Below, in pieces: positions 17,437 through 32,224 of a DNA stretch of 64,000 nt (the stretch's first letter is position 1; each line of letters starts with the position of its first letter). The DNA lies in assembly GCA_050740695.1 (NCBI GenBank), contig JBOIDR010000001.1, positions 6,762-70,761 on the forward strand, written 5' to 3'. The notes beneath the pieces are model-generated. The model made no database searches and was not told where the DNA came from. It worked only from the letters and a program-made list of their open reading frames with translations. The position numbers and the translations under genes are program-made. This DNA is from Gammaproteobacteria bacterium (GTDB lineage: Bacteria; Pseudomonadota; Gammaproteobacteria; JACCXJ01).

Positions 17437-17887
17437 GGCGTCCTCGTGTGTGTACATGGCCGTGTGTATTTTGAAGCATTCTCTGCAGTTTGACAAGGAC
17501 CGGACAGTTCTCGGACCGGCCCCCCATGATCCTGATTCACCGCAACGTCGCCTTGGGTGCGGCCGTCCCCCCGGGCTGACCGGCGCCCGCGAAATACTTC
17601 GTCTATGATCGGATCATGGCCGGCTTTGACCCCGAGGGAAGGCGCCTGCCCATCAAGCTCGATACGACCTCGCGAACGGGGAGCTAGCTCATGCCGCGCC
17701 CGCTCGCGGCCCATGTGACGCCGGCCGCCGGCGGCGCCGCTCGCCGGATACCGTTGATCACCGCGGAAGTCGACACCAAAATCAAGTCGTTCAACGACGT
17801 CAGGGCCGAACGCTGACACTAGCGCGAGTCCCGCGCTACTTCACTTCGGGTACACTGTCGCCGGTCTTTCCACGCGCTCAGCAGGCG

Positions 17888-18631
17888 ATGGCCGGTCACA
17901 GCAAGTGGGCGAATATTCAGCACCGCAAGGGCAAGCAGGACGCCAAGCGGGGCAAGCTATTCACCCGTCTCATCCGCGAGATCACGGTCGCCGCGCGCAT
18001 GGGCGGAGGCGACCCGTCGGCGAATCCACGCCTGCGCGCGGCCATCGACGGCGCGCTCGCCAACAACATGACCAAGGACACCGTGGAGCGCGCCATCAAG
18101 CGCGGCGCCGGCGGCGGGCCGGGCGAGGACTACGAGGAGATCCGTTACGAGGGCTACGGGCCGGGCGGGGTCGCGATCATGGTGGACTGCATGAGCAACA
18201 ACCGCAACCGCACCGTGTCCGAGGTACGGCACGCCTTCGCCAAGGCGGGCGGGAGCATGGGCACCGACGGCTCGGTGGCCTATCTCTTCAAGAAACAAGG
18301 GGTGCTGGGCTATCCCGCGGGTAGCGACGAGGACCACCTGACGTCCGCGGCGCTCGTGGCCGGGGCGGATGATGTGGTGGTCAACGACGACGGCTCCATC
18401 GATGTCCTGGCCACGCCGGAATCGTTCGGACGGGTGAAGGGCGCCATGGCCGCTCTGGGTTGGGATCCGGAGCTGGCCGAGATCACCATGCGGGCGACCA
18501 CGAGCGCGAGGCTCGAATTCGAGGATGCGCAGAAGATGACGCGCCTCCTGGAGGTCTTGGAGGATCTGGACGATGTGCAGCGTGTCTACTCGAACGCCGA
18601 CATCAGCGAAGAGACCCTGGCTCGCCTTTAG
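17888..18631 (+). CDS. yebC: YebC/PmpR-family DNA-binding transcriptional regulator
   Basis: 247 aa starting [32 protein letters not shown]. Confidence 0.95.
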   Translation: MAGHSKWANIQHRKGKQDAKRGKLFTRLIREITVAARMGGGDPSANPRLRAAIDGALANNMTKDTVERAIKRGAGGGPGEDYEEIRYEGYGPGGVAIMVDCMSNNRNRTVSEVRHAFAKAGGSMGTDGSVAYLFKKQGVLGYPAGSDEDHLTSAALVAGADDVVVNDDGSIDVLATPESFGRVKGAMAALGWDPELAEITMRATTSARLEFEDAQKMTRLLEVLEDLDDVQRVYSNADISEETLARL

Positions 18632-18666
18632 GGCTTGAAACGCTTTATCGACTCCTTGGCGGCCCC

Positions 18667-19176
18667 TTGACCCGCATCCTCGGCATCGACCCGGGATCCC
18701 GCGTCACGGGCTTTGGCGTCATCGACAGCGACGGCCAGAGGAGCACGCATGTCGCGCACGGGTGCCTCGACGCCGAGTCCGGAACGCTCGCCGATCGCCT
18801 GCGGCTCATCTTCGAGGGCGTAGGGCGGGTGGTGCGACTCTACCGGCCGGATGAGATGGCGGTCGAGCTCGTGTTCATGTATCGCAACCCCGATTCGGCC
18901 TTGAAACTCGGCCAGGCACGGGGCGTCGCGGTGGTCGCCGGTGCGCTCGCCGATCTCCCGGTGTTCGAGTTCACCCCGGCCGAGGTCAAGCTCGCCATCG
19001 TGGGGCTCGGCCGCGCCGACAAGGCCCAGGTCCAGCACATGGTGAGGGTCTTATTGCGGCTCGATGCGGCACCCCAGTCCGACGCGGCCGACGCGCTCGC
19101 CGTCGCCCTGTGCCATGGACACACCCGAAGCAGCCCCCTCCCCTGCCGGCGCATGCGCGCCAAGCGGTGGGCATGA
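18667..19176 (+). CDS. ruvC: Crossover junction endodeoxyribonuclease RuvC
   Basis: (L/M)TRILGIDPGSRVTGFGVID ... matches the RuvC N-terminus. The only plausible start is TTG at 18667. The longer track ORF (18460..) overlaps yebC. Confidence 0.88.
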   Translation: MTRILGIDPGSRVTGFGVIDSDGQRSTHVAHGCLDAESGTLADRLRLIFEGVGRVVRLYRPDEMAVELVFMYRNPDSALKLGQARGVAVVAGALADLPVFEFTPAEVKLAIVGLGRADKAQVQHMVRVLLRLDAAPQSDAADALAVALCHGHTRSSPLPCRRMRAKRWA

Positions 19177-19189
19177 TTGGGCGCTGGGC

Positions 19190-19792
19190 ATGATCGGCCG
19201 CATCCGCGGGGTGTTGCTGGAGGCGAGCCCGCCGCATCTGCTCCTCGAGGTCGGGGGCGTGGGCTACGAGATCGAAACCCCGCTCAGCACCTTCGAGCGC
19301 CTTCCGAAGCCACAAACCGAGGTGCGACTCTACACCCACCTGGCGGTCCGCGAGGACACCCATTTACTGTTCGGTTTCCTGACCGAGACCGAGCGCCGCC
19401 TGTTCCGGGCCTTGATCAAGGTCAACGGCGTCGGTGCGCGCACCGCGCTCGGGGTCCTGTCGGGAACCAGCCCCGAGGAATTCGCGGTCTGGGTCGAGAC
19501 CAAGGACCTCACCCGGCTCACCCGCCTCCCCGGGATCGGAAAGAAGACCGCCGAGCGCCTGATCGTCGAGCTCTGCGATCGGATCACCGACTGGAGGCCC
19601 GGCGTGCTTCCGGGCGGCGCGGCACCGGCCGGCGATGCGTTCAGCGACGCAAAAGCGGATGCGATCAGCGGCCTCGTGGCGCTCGGCTACAAACCCCAGG
19701 AGGCCAGCCGCCACGTCCAGACCCTCGACACCGAGGGCCTGTCGAGCGAGGCCATTATCCGGGCTGTGCTGCGCGGGCAGTTGCAGGCATAG
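19190..19792 (+). CDS. ruvA: Holliday junction branch migration complex subunit RuvA
   Basis: MIGRIRGVLLEASPPHLLLEVGGVGYEI plus helix-hairpin-helix motifs (LIKVNGVGARTAL, LPGIGKKTAERL). Start at ATG 19190. Confidence 0.92.
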   Translation: MIGRIRGVLLEASPPHLLLEVGGVGYEIETPLSTFERLPKPQTEVRLYTHLAVREDTHLLFGFLTETERRLFRALIKVNGVGARTALGVLSGTSPEEFAVWVETKDLTRLTRLPGIGKKTAERLIVELCDRITDWRPGVLPGGAAPAGDAFSDAKADAISGLVALGYKPQEASRHVQTLDTEGLSSEAIIRAVLRGQLQA

Positions 19793-19840
19793 CCAGGCCT
19801 ATTGGAAATTTCCTGTACCCTTTTTCGTTCTTTATCCACG

Positions 19841-19921
19841 CCCCAAGAGGGCAGGCACGAGGCCTGCCCTACACGGGGCGGCGCAGGTGCCGCGTAGGGG
19901 CGGCCCTTGTGGCCGCCCTAT
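19841..19921. repeat. REP-like hairpins (gggcaggcacgaggcctgccc; gtaggggcggcccttgtggccgccc)
   Basis: Two self-complementary GC-rich units immediately after ruvA. Confidence 0.6.
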
Positions 19922-20026
19922 ATGCGCCGCGGAAATCGGTCGGCGCCGGGTGCCCGCCACGAAGATCGTCTTCTCGCCCGCGGCGGGCTATCTTAGGGCA
20001 TCCCGTAAGACGCTCCGGAGATCCCA

Positions 20027-21061
20027 ATGAAACAAGACCTCGGCCCCTGGTTGGTCATCGCCGCACTCGTCTCATTCCCGGCCGGCCCCGCCGTCGCGGC
20101 GGAGGGGGCGAGCGAGCCGGCCGCTCCGGGCCGCATCGTGCGGCTTGGCACGCGTCTAGACGGGATCGTCGGGGCGGATGCCAAGCTCGAAAAGCTCGCC
20201 GACGGGTATGCCTGGCTCGAAGGTCCCGTGTGGCTGCGCCGGGAAGGCGCCCTCCTCTTCTCCGACGTGCCTAACAACGTGATCCACCGCTATGACTCGG
20301 GATCGGGGGTATCGGTCTTCTTGCAGCCGAGCGGTTACACCGGTACCGCCCCGTTCACGGGCGGTGCGCCCGGCTCGAACGGGCTCGCCATCGATCCGAT
20401 GAGCGGCAGGCTCGTCATCTGCCAGCACGGAGATCGGCGCGTCGTGCGCATCGAGGCCGACGGCAGCATGACGACACTGGCGGAACGTTATGAGGGCAAG
20501 CGCCTGAACAGCCCGAACGACGCGGTGTTCCGCGCCAACGGCGATCTGTACTTCACCGATCCGCCCTTCGGCCTGCCCCAGGGCTTCAAGGACCCCGGCA
20601 AGGAGCTCCCCATGAGCGGCGTCTACCGGCTCCCGCCCGGCGGCGAGCCGGCGCTCATGGTCCAGGATCTCACGGCCCCGAACGGCCTGGCCTTCTCGCC
20701 CGACGGCAAGGGCCTGTACCTGAGCGACTCCGATCCGGATCGCCCGGCCTGGTACCGCTACGAAGTGCGCGAAGACGACGGCGTGCTCGAAAACCGACGT
20801 CTCTTCGCGGATGCCCGCCCCTTTACCACGGGCCGAAAGGGGGCCCCCGACGGCATCAAGGTCGACCGCGAAGGGAACGTGTTCGCGGCCGGCCCCGGCG
20901 GGGTCTATATCTTCGCACCGGATGGCGAGCACCTCGGCACCATCGAGACCGGCGCACCCACCGCCAACCTGGCCTTCGGAGACGACGGCTCGATGCTCTA
21001 CATCACCGCCGAGACTACCCTATACCGCATCTCGCTGCTCGCGGTCGGTGGCGGGTTTTGA
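20027..21061 (+). CDS. SMP-30/gluconolactonase/LRE-family protein, exported
   Basis: 344 aa. It has a signal peptide (LVIAALVSFPAGPAVAAEG), LEGPVW, NSPNDAV, YFTDP and PNGLAFSPDG. Confidence 0.85.
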   Translation: MKQDLGPWLVIAALVSFPAGPAVAAEGASEPAAPGRIVRLGTRLDGIVGADAKLEKLADGYAWLEGPVWLRREGALLFSDVPNNVIHRYDSGSGVSVFLQPSGYTGTAPFTGGAPGSNGLAIDPMSGRLVICQHGDRRVVRIEADGSMTTLAERYEGKRLNSPNDAVFRANGDLYFTDPPFGLPQGFKDPGKELPMSGVYRLPPGGEPALMVQDLTAPNGLAFSPDGKGLYLSDSDPDRPAWYRYEVREDDGVLENRRLFADARPFTTGRKGAPDGIKVDREGNVFAAGPGGVYIFAPDGEHLGTIETGAPTANLAFGDDGSMLYITAETTLYRISLLAVGGGF

Positions 21062-21149
21062 TGCCGATGGAGTGCGGTCTCCATTGGCGCTCGCGTAACT
21101 ACCCACGCCGAAGTCGGATCCTCTATCACTAAGACGGGTTCTTCTATCG

Positions 21150-21277
21150 GATCGCCCACCCCCTCGCCCCCCTCCCCGTGGGGAGGGGGAATAACTCATT
21201 GGCCCCCTCCGAATAAATCATTGGCCCGCCGACATTTCTTCCCCTCCCCACGGGAGGGGATTGAGGGGTGGGCGATC
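21150..21277. repeat. ~128-bp palindromic element built from two CCCCTCCCC-N4-GGGGAGGGG hairpins
   Basis: gatcgcccaccccctcgcccccctccccgtggggaggggg ... cccctccccacgggaggggattgaggggtgggcgatc. The outer arms are mutually inverted. Confidence 0.8.
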
Positions 21278-21294
21278 GAAAATCATCGTCTCCT

Positions 21295-22107
21295 TCAAAA
21301 GAGCGCGCCGAAAGCCTGATCGTAACGCGTATACCACTCCGGCCGCCGGTCGGACAGCACGTCGTTCCAGGGTGTGATGCGCTTGTTGCGGGCCTCGGCC
21401 ACGTCGATCTCGGTAATGAAAAGCTCATCGCGCTGGGAAGGCGCGCGGTGGATCAAGCGCCCGCCGGGTGCGACGACCTGGCTCTTGCCCGTGAAGCGCA
21501 GCTCGCCGTGGGGTCGTTTGTCGCTGCCGAAACGGTTGGCGGTGATGGCGTAAACCCGGTTCTCGAGGCACCGGGTCCGCATGGCCTCTTGGCAGTATCC
21601 CAGGACCAGGTTGGAGGGGTGGCAGAGTATCTCGGCACCTTGGATCGCGAGGTTTCTCGCGACCTCCGGGAAGGCCCAGTCGAAGCACACCATGATACCG
21701 ATCCGCGCGCCTCGCACCTCCTGGACCGAAAGCGGAACGTCCCCGGGATCGAAGCAGCGCTTTTCCTTGGCGAAGAGGTGGAGCTTGCGGTATACATGCT
21801 CGACGCCCCGGGGTCCGATCAGGAGCGCGCTGTTGTAGACGCGCTCGCCGGACCGCTCGCAGAACCCCGTGACCATGTGAAGGTCCCGCCTTGCGCAGAG
21901 CGCGGTCAGCGACTCGACAGTCTCCGAATTCGCGGGGTCGGCGAATGCCAGGACCTCTTCGCGATCCCGGAAGTGATACCCGCTGAACGCCAGCTCGGGG
22001 AGCACGAGGAGATCGGCCGTTGTGTGGGCGAGGGCGGCGAGGACCTTGGCGACGTTGCGCCTGGGCTGGCCGAACAGGGGCCGGAACTGGTAGTAACCGA
22101 CGCGCAT
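21295..22107 (-). CDS. Carbon-nitrogen hydrolase (nitrilase superfamily) protein
   Basis: Start trimmed to ATG 22107 (MRVGYYQFRPLFG...). The E-K-C triad context is LVLPELAFSGY, YRKLHLF, MVCFDWAFPE. The rest of the 668-aa track ORF is an artefact overlapping glmU. Confidence 0.85.
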   Translation of the reverse strand: MRVGYYQFRPLFGQPRRNVAKVLAALAHTTADLLVLPELAFSGYHFRDREEVLAFADPANSETVESLTALCARRDLHMVTGFCERSGERVYNSALLIGPRGVEHVYRKLHLFAKEKRCFDPGDVPLSVQEVRGARIGIMVCFDWAFPEVARNLAIQGAEILCHPSNLVLGYCQEAMRTRCLENRVYAITANRFGSDKRPHGELRFTGKSQVVAPGGRLIHRAPSQRDELFITEIDVAEARNKRITPWNDVLSDRRPEWYTRYDQAFGALF

Positions 22108-22142
22108 CGTCGTGGGTGCTGCCGAGACGACTCGGCGGCGTG

Positions 22143-23507
22143 CTACTTTTTCTTCTTCGGCCGCTCCCAACCGGCGATCGTCGTCTGGCGTGCGCGGCCG
22201 AGTGTGAGCTGTCCGGGCGGTGCGTCCTGGGTCAGGGTCGTGCCGGCGCCGATCGTGGCCCCGTCCCCGACCTTGACCGGGGCGATGAGCTGGGTATCGG
22301 AGCCTATGAAGACCCGATCGCCGATGACGGTCTTGTGCTTGTTCGCGCCGTCGTAGTTGCAGGCGATGGTGCCGGCCCCGATGTTGGTATCGCGGCCCAC
22401 CTCGGTGTCCCCAATATAGCTCAGGTGGTTGATCTTGGTGCCGGACATGACAGCGGACTTCTTGACCTCGACGAAGTTGCCGATGTGGACTTCCTCGGCG
22501 AGCCGGGTCTCGGGTCGGAGGCGCGAAAACGGACCGACGCGCGCGCCCCGGCCGATCTCGGCGCCCTCGATCACGCAGTCCGGGAGGATCGACGCGTCGT
22601 CGCCGATATCGGCGTCCCGGATCCAGTTGTTGGCGCCGATGGTCACGCGATCGCCCAGGCGCACGCGGCCCTCCAACACCACGTTGACATCGATGACCAC
22701 ATCCTGCCCCGTTTGCAGCTCTCCGCGAAGATCGAAGCGAGCGGGGTCGAGGAGCGTGACTCCCTGCCGCATCAACTGCTCGGCCTGGCATCGCTGATAG
22801 CGACGCTCCAGCTCGGCGAGCTGGACCCGATCGTTGACACCCATGACCTCGAAAACAGAGGCCGGACTCACGGGCTCGACCGCGACCCCGTCCGCGACCG
22901 CCATCGCGATCACGTCGGTCAGGTAATACTCCCCCTGCGCGTTCTGGTTCTCGAGACGCGCCACCCATCGTTTCAGGTGCGAGGCCGACACGGCCATCAT
23001 GCCGGTATTGACCTCGCCGATCGCGCGCTCCACCGGGCTCGCGTCCCGATCTTCGACGATCCGTTGCACATGGCCGGCCGCATCCCGGACGATGCGCCCG
23101 TAGCCCGAGGGATCGGGAAGCTTGACCGTGAGCAGCGCCAGGCGCCCTCCCCCGGATGCCATGAGCAGGCGGCCGAGGGTTTCCGGAGTCATGAGCGGGA
23201 CGTCGCCGTAGAGAACGAGGACCATGTCGCCCGCCTCGATCAAAGGCAGCACCTGGGCCACGGCATGGCCGGTCCCGAGCTGGCGGTCCTGCTCGACCCA
23301 ACGGACCTCGAGGTGGGCGAGGGCTTCCCGAACCTGTCCGCCGCCGTGGCCGTAGACGACGTAGATCGACCCCGGATGCAGCCCGCGAGCGGCGGCGCAG
23401 ACATGCTCCAGGAGCCGCTTGCCGCCCACGCGATGCAGCACCTTCGGCAGGGTCGAGCGCATGCGCTTGCCCTGCCCGGCCGCCAGGATCACGACGCTCA
23501 AGCGCAT
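22143..23507 (-). CDS. glmU: Bifunctional UDP-N-acetylglucosamine diphosphorylase / glucosamine-1-phosphate N-acetyltransferase
   Basis: 454 aa with [19 protein letters not shown] and left-handed beta-helix hexapeptide repeats in the C-terminal half. Confidence 0.96.
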   Translation of the reverse strand: MRLSVVILAAGQGKRMRSTLPKVLHRVGGKRLLEHVCAAARGLHPGSIYVVYGHGGGQVREALAHLEVRWVEQDRQLGTGHAVAQVLPLIEAGDMVLVLYGDVPLMTPETLGRLLMASGGGRLALLTVKLPDPSGYGRIVRDAAGHVQRIVEDRDASPVERAIGEVNTGMMAVSASHLKRWVARLENQNAQGEYYLTDVIAMAVADGVAVEPVSPASVFEVMGVNDRVQLAELERRYQRCQAEQLMRQGVTLLDPARFDLRGELQTGQDVVIDVNVVLEGRVRLGDRVTIGANNWIRDADIGDDASILPDCVIEGAEIGRGARVGPFSRLRPETRLAEEVHIGNFVEVKKSAVMSGTKINHLSYIGDTEVGRDTNIGAGTIACNYDGANKHKTVIGDRVFIGSDTQLIAPVKVGDGATIGAGTTLTQDAPPGQLTLGRARQTTIAGWERPKKKK

Positions 23508-23623
23508 CGGAGAATCGCTACGCCAAAAAAATAAAAATAGCTCAAGCCGCTATCAACGCGTGCGGGCGCGGCGCTAACGGGGGGTCTCGGGGGACAGAGC
23601 ACTTCTTCCAATAGTCCATCTCA

Positions 23624-24244
23624 TCACCATACCTCGACCAACTCCAACACAAACCCTGCCAAAACGGGATCGCCAGAAATCGAATCCACGCCCTCCAGAC
23701 AATCGACCGCAGTCTCTGGACGATACACGTAGAGCCGTTTCGCCCCCGGCTCGATCAACCAACCCAGTTGCGCCCCGTTGTCCCGGTATTCCAGCATCTT
23801 GGCCTGGAGAACCGCGAGCTGATCGCTCGGCGAGTGCAGCTCTAGGACAAAATCGGGGCATAATGGCAGAAATCTATTCATCTGCTCCGCCGTCAATTCA
23901 TCCAGGCGAGACCGCTTGACCCAGGAGGCATCGGGTGAGCGCACGGCGCCGTTGGACAGGATAAATCCGGTAGACGAATCGAAGCTCAGGCCTGTACCGT
24001 CGCGCTTGGCCCAATTCCCAAGTTGAATCGTGATCTCGGCATTCCGCCGTCCGCTGCCTCCTCCCGTCGGTGGCATCAGCAGTATCTCCCCCTGGATATT
24101 GCGTTCGATACGCAGGTCCCTATTTATCTGGCAGAACTGAAAAAACTCGTCGTCCTTTAGCTGAATGACGGGCCAGAACTCGACCTTGAGCGGCAAGCCT
24201 TGTTGCAGTGTCTGCTGATCCAACTGGCGAGCCGTCGTCGCCAT
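23624..24244 (-). CDS. Uma2-family (DUF820) putative restriction endonuclease-like protein
   Basis: Start trimmed to ATG 24244. Contains EILLMPPTGGGSGRRN, PDASWV and PDFVLELHSPSD, the PD-(D/E)xK-like Uma2 signature. By eye it is less GC-rich than its neighbours. Confidence 0.82.
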   Translation of the reverse strand: MATTARQLDQQTLQQGLPLKVEFWPVIQLKDDEFFQFCQINRDLRIERNIQGEILLMPPTGGGSGRRNAEITIQLGNWAKRDGTGLSFDSSTGFILSNGAVRSPDASWVKRSRLDELTAEQMNRFLPLCPDFVLELHSPSDQLAVLQAKMLEYRDNGAQLGWLIEPGAKRLYVYRPETAVDCLEGVDSISGDPVLAGFVLELVEVW

Positions 24245-24489
24245 CGTGTTCTTCACATGATTCGCTTTGATACTAGCCAAAGATGTTTGAAGGTTCGCGT
24301 ACCTCGACAAGTTGCCATTCCCCTCGGGAGAGGCACGCCCTAGGGAGGCCACGTTCTGGTCTGGCTGCCGTCAGGTCCCGGATGATGGCCCGATCGGGCC
24401 GGGTGCGCACCGAGACGAAATAACTCGTGCATCTCACGCGACAGCAACATACTCCCCGTGGCTGTCTACGACAAGGGGCCTCGAACCGG

Positions 24490-24918
24490 CTACGAGCGTC
24501 CCGCCTGCCGGCGCAGGCGCTGGATCGCCTGGAGCTGGGCGGCGGCCTCGGCGTACTCGGCCAGCGCCTTGGCGTAGTCGATCTGCCCGCTCTTGTCGGA
24601 GAGCATCTGCTCGGCGCGGACCCTGACCTCGAGCGCGGAGGCCTCGTCGATGTCGTGGGCACGTACCGCGGTGTCGGAGAGGACCGTCACCATGCGCGGC
24701 TGGACCTCCAGGATCCCGCCCGAGACGTAGAATGCCTCCTCCTCGCCGCTCGAGAGTTTGAGTCGGACCTCGCCCGGCTTGAGCCGGGTCAAAAGCGGGG
24801 TATGGCCCGCGGCGATGCCGACCTCGCCCATCTCTGCGGGCGCGAACACCATCTCCGCCTGCCCCGAATAAATCGATGCCTCGGCGCTCACGATGTCGAT
24901 GTGGATGGTCATGGCCAT
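24490..24918 (-). CDS. atpC: F1 ATP synthase epsilon subunit
   Basis: 142 aa starting [47 protein letters not shown]. Confidence 0.92.
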   Translation of the reverse strand: MAMTIHIDIVSAEASIYSGQAEMVFAPAEMGEVGIAAGHTPLLTRLKPGEVRLKLSSGEEEAFYVSGGILEVQPRMVTVLSDTAVRAHDIDEASALEVRVRAEQMLSDKSGQIDYAKALAEYAEAAAQLQAIQRLRRQAGRS

Positions 24919-24956
24919 GGGGTGGTCGGGTATCAGTATAGCCGGCTTATAGCCGG

Positions 24957-26731
<1,775 letters not shown>

Positions 26732-27592
26732 TCACACCGCGGCGGCGCCGGCCACGATCTCCGAGAGCTCGCGGGTGATCGAGGCCTGGCGCGCCTTGTT
26801 GTAAACCAGCCGCAATTCGTCGATGAGCTTGCCGGCATTGTCCGAAGCGCTCTTCATCGCCACCATGCGTGCCGCCTGCTCGCAGGCGATGTTCTCGACC
26901 ACGCCCTGATACACCAACGACTCGATGAAGCGTTGGAGCAAATGGTCCAGGACCTCCTTGGCCTCGGGCTCGTAGAGATAATCCCAGTGGTGTTTCAGCT
27001 CTACCCCGGGGTCCGGCTCGAGCGGGACGAGCCGTTCGAAACGCGGGCGCTGGGTCATCGAGTTAATAAAGGTGTTGGTTACCAGGAAGACCTGGTCGAT
27101 GCGCCCCTCGCTGTAGCCGTCGAGCATCACCTTGACGGTCCCGATCAGGTCCTCCAACTTCGGCGCATCCCCGAGATGGCTCGCCTGGGCGACGATCCTG
27201 GCACCGATGCGGCCGAAGAACCCGATGGCCTTGTTCCCGATCGGACATACCTCGATCCCGAGCCCTTGACTTTCCCACTCCTTCAACTTTTGAATCATGG
27301 CCCGGAAGAGGTTGGCGTTGAGCCCGCCGCACAGGCCGCGATCGGTCGACACCACGATGACGCCCACCCGCCGCGCCTCGCGCGGGATGAGGTAGGGGTG
27401 GTGGTACTCGCTGTGGGCATGCGCGAGGTGCGCGATCACCATGCGGATCTTCTCGGCATAGGGACGCGCCGCGCGCATGCGGTCCTGGGCCTTTCGCATC
27501 TTGCTGGCCGCGACCATCTCCATGGCCTTGGTGATCTTCTGCGTGCCCTGCACACTCTTGATCTTGGTTCGGATCTCCTTGCCGGCGGCCAT
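26732..27592 (-). CDS. atpG: F1 ATP synthase gamma subunit
   Basis: 286 aa starting [36 protein letters not shown]. Confidence 0.95.
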   Translation of the reverse strand: MAAGKEIRTKIKSVQGTQKITKAMEMVAASKMRKAQDRMRAARPYAEKIRMVIAHLAHAHSEYHHPYLIPREARRVGVIVVSTDRGLCGGLNANLFRAMIQKLKEWESQGLGIEVCPIGNKAIGFFGRIGARIVAQASHLGDAPKLEDLIGTVKVMLDGYSEGRIDQVFLVTNTFINSMTQRPRFERLVPLEPDPGVELKHHWDYLYEPEAKEVLDHLLQRFIESLVYQGVVENIACEQAARMVAMKSASDNAGKLIDELRLVYNKARQASITRELSEIVAGAAAV

Positions 27593-27606
27593 GTCAGCGT
27601 AGCGTC

Positions 27607-29148
<1,542 letters not shown>

Positions 29149-29563
29149 CGGTCTCTCTCAATCAAATGTAATCCAATGTAACCTAATGTAGGGTGGGTTA
29201 GGCGCGGCGCCGTAACCCACCAACCCGGCGCGCGGCGCGCCGCCTTAATTCTATCCAAACATATTTGACATATATGTCGTCCCTTCCCCCTGGAAGGGGG
29301 AAGGATAGGATGGGGGTCGAGCGCATCCGGTCGCACGGACGCAGCCCGCGGCGCTCGACCCCCACCTGAACTTCCCCGCCAAGCCCTTCAGCCACTGGCC
29401 AAGCCTCGTCTCCACCTGACGCGCCTCGCCCCCACCCTAACCCTCCCCCGCTCCGCAGGGGAGGGAACCCTCGCGCTTGGACGTTATTTGACTTTCGATA
29501 CGAATCAGAACTTGTTCGAGCGGTCTTGTTGAAAATTTGTGACGCAAGAATCTATTAATCACA
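29149..29563. repeat. 415-bp atpH-atpA spacer packed with short tandem and REP-like repeats
   Basis: Contains aatgtaa-type triple (29164..29195), gtagggtgggttaggcgcggcgccgtaacccac (~29189..29221), cccttccccctggaagggggaagg (~29281..29304), a 15-bp stem ggggtcgagcgc...gcgctcgacccc (~29312..29363) and ccctcccccgctccgcaggggaggg (29441..29465). Confidence 0.8.
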
Positions 29564-30097
29564 TTACGCAAACTGGCTGGCGAGCTGTTGCAACCGCCCG
29601 CGCACCGAGGCATCGATCACCAGATCGCCCATGCGGATCACCGCCCCGCCTATGAGCGCCGGATCGATGCGGTGCTGCACCTCGATCTCCTTGCCGGCCT
29701 GCCGCCTCACCGCACGCTCGATCGCCAACCGCTGACCCTCTTCCAGCGCGAAGGCCGAGACCACCTCGACCTCGGCCACGCCCGCGGCCTCGGCAACGAG
29801 TGCCGCGTACAGGCGCGCGATCTCCGGAAGGATCAGGATCCGATCGGCATCCAGGAGCACGCGGACGAAGTTACGCAGATCCGGGGGGAGGCGTTCCCCG
29901 GCGAGGTCGAAGATCAACTGGGTCAGACGCGGGCGACCGATCCGTGGGTCATGCACGAGCGCGCGCAGGGTCGGATCCGAGAACAAAGCGGCGAGGAGGG
30001 CCAGTCCTTCGGACCAGGGCGACACCTGGCCGCTGCCGCGGGCATGCTCGAAGGCGGCCTGGGCATAGGGACGCGCGAGGGTCGCCGTTTCCAGCAT
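29564..30097 (-). CDS. atpH: F1 ATP synthase delta (OSCP) subunit
   Basis: 177 aa with TLARPYAQAAFEHA. Confidence 0.9.
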   Translation of the reverse strand: MLETATLARPYAQAAFEHARGSGQVSPWSEGLALLAALFSDPTLRALVHDPRIGRPRLTQLIFDLAGERLPPDLRNFVRVLLDADRILILPEIARLYAALVAEAAGVAEVEVVSAFALEEGQRLAIERAVRRQAGKEIEVQHRIDPALIGGAVIRMGDLVIDASVRGRLQQLASQFA

Positions 30098-30099
30098 GG

Positions 30100-30570
30100 T
30101 CAGAGCCGTGCCGCGAGCTTGTCGAGGAAGGCCTTGTGGGCCACGGCATCGACCTCGCGCAACAGAACCTGCTCGGCCCCGACCAGTGCCAGGCGCGCGA
30201 CCTCACGCTGTAGCGACTCCCGCGCCTGCTGGATCTCCTGGGCGATCTGATCCTGGGCGGCGGCGATGATGCGCTCGGCCTCGACCCTGGCAGCGGCCTT
30301 GGCCTCCTCGACCATCTCGTCGGCCCGTTTCTGCGCATAGGCGACCGCCTCCTGGGCCTTCTGGTGGCCTTCGCGCAGGACCGCCTTGGCACGGTTCTCG
30401 GCCAGCTCCAGATCATGCCGGCCCTTCTCCGCGGCGGCCAAGCCGTCGGCGATCTTCTTGGCGCGTTCTGCCATGGCCCGGGTGAGCGGCGGCCATACGA
30501 AACGCATGGTGAACCACACGAGGATCGCGAAGGTGATGGCCTGGCCTAAAAGAGTGGCGTTGATATCCAT
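30100..30570 (-). CDS. atpF: Fo ATP synthase subunit b
   Basis: 156 aa with one N-terminal TM helix followed by a long charged helix. Confidence 0.9.
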   Translation of the reverse strand: MDINATLLGQAITFAILVWFTMRFVWPPLTRAMAERAKKIADGLAAAEKGRHDLELAENRAKAVLREGHQKAQEAVAYAQKRADEMVEEAKAAARVEAERIIAAAQDQIAQEIQQARESLQREVARLALVGAEQVLLREVDAVAHKAFLDKLAARL

Positions 30571-30615
30571 GGCGATATCCCAACTATATTCCTACTGGGG
30601 GGCACGATCCCCGGG

Positions 30616-30918
<303 letters not shown>

Positions 30919-30936
30919 CTAGCGGTGTGCCTGCAA

Positions 30937-31749
<813 letters not shown>

Positions 31750-32196
31750 CTATTGCTTCCCCAACATCGCCAGGCCATAGGCCCCGAGCGTCGCGGCATA
31801 GGCGATAAAAAGCGGCCCCACCGCCACGGCCTCGTACTCGAGGAACGTCACGACGAAAAGACCGAGGGTAACCCCGAACTTGACCAGCTCCGCCAGGACT
31901 TGCGCGCCGAGCAGCCCGCCCGGCGACAGCCCTTTTGTTCGCGCGACACACAAGGCCGCGGCCGCGGTCGCCGCGATCCCGATGCCGCCACCGCAGAGCG
32001 CCGAGAGCGCAAAGCGGAGCTGGTAGATCACACAAACCAGCGCCACCGCCGCCGTCACGCCGATCTGGAGGACGAGGAGTCTCTGTATGTCCCTGTCCAA
32101 CCTACCCCGCGATGCGGCAGCGCGCCATGCTAGTGTAAGTGCCGATACCGAGTCAACTCGCTTCCCGCCGAGCCGAGACTGCCGGCCCGCCTTCAC
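31750..32196 (-). CDS. atpI: ATP synthase protein I (start uncertain)
   Basis: Small polytopic membrane protein directly upstream of atpB. The track ORF starts at TTG 32244, but that would overlap the preceding gene by 20 nt. An in-frame GTG at 32196 is used here. A later TTG is also possible. Confidence 0.55.
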   Translation of the reverse strand: MKAGRQSRLGGKRVDSVSALTLAWRAAASRGRLDRDIQRLLVLQIGVTAAVALVCVIYQLRFALSALCGGGIGIAATAAAALCVARTKGLSPGGLLGAQVLAELVKFGVTLGLFVVTFLEYEAVAVGPLFIAYAATLGAYGLAMLGKQ

Positions 32197-32224
32197 TAAC
32201 CACTGCCGAGGGCTCGGGTGCGCG

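Noticed and set aside
17616-17816. Short plus-strand reading [23 protein letters not shown] followed by [20 protein letters not shown]..., vaguely like the N-terminus of a Tat-exported hydrolase; a possible third gene remnant
   Set aside because: The similarity rests only on my recollection of a '..PIKLD.TSNGE..P.PL' opening. It is too short and interrupted to support as a feature. A profile or BLASTX search of 17.45-17.88 kb would be needed.
21295-23301. 668-aa ORF spanning the nitrilase-family gene and most of glmU
   Set aside because: Only the C-terminal 270 aa (from ATG 22107) resemble a C-N hydrolase. The upstream part is an alternative frame of glmU with an Arg/Gly/Pro-rich nonsense translation.
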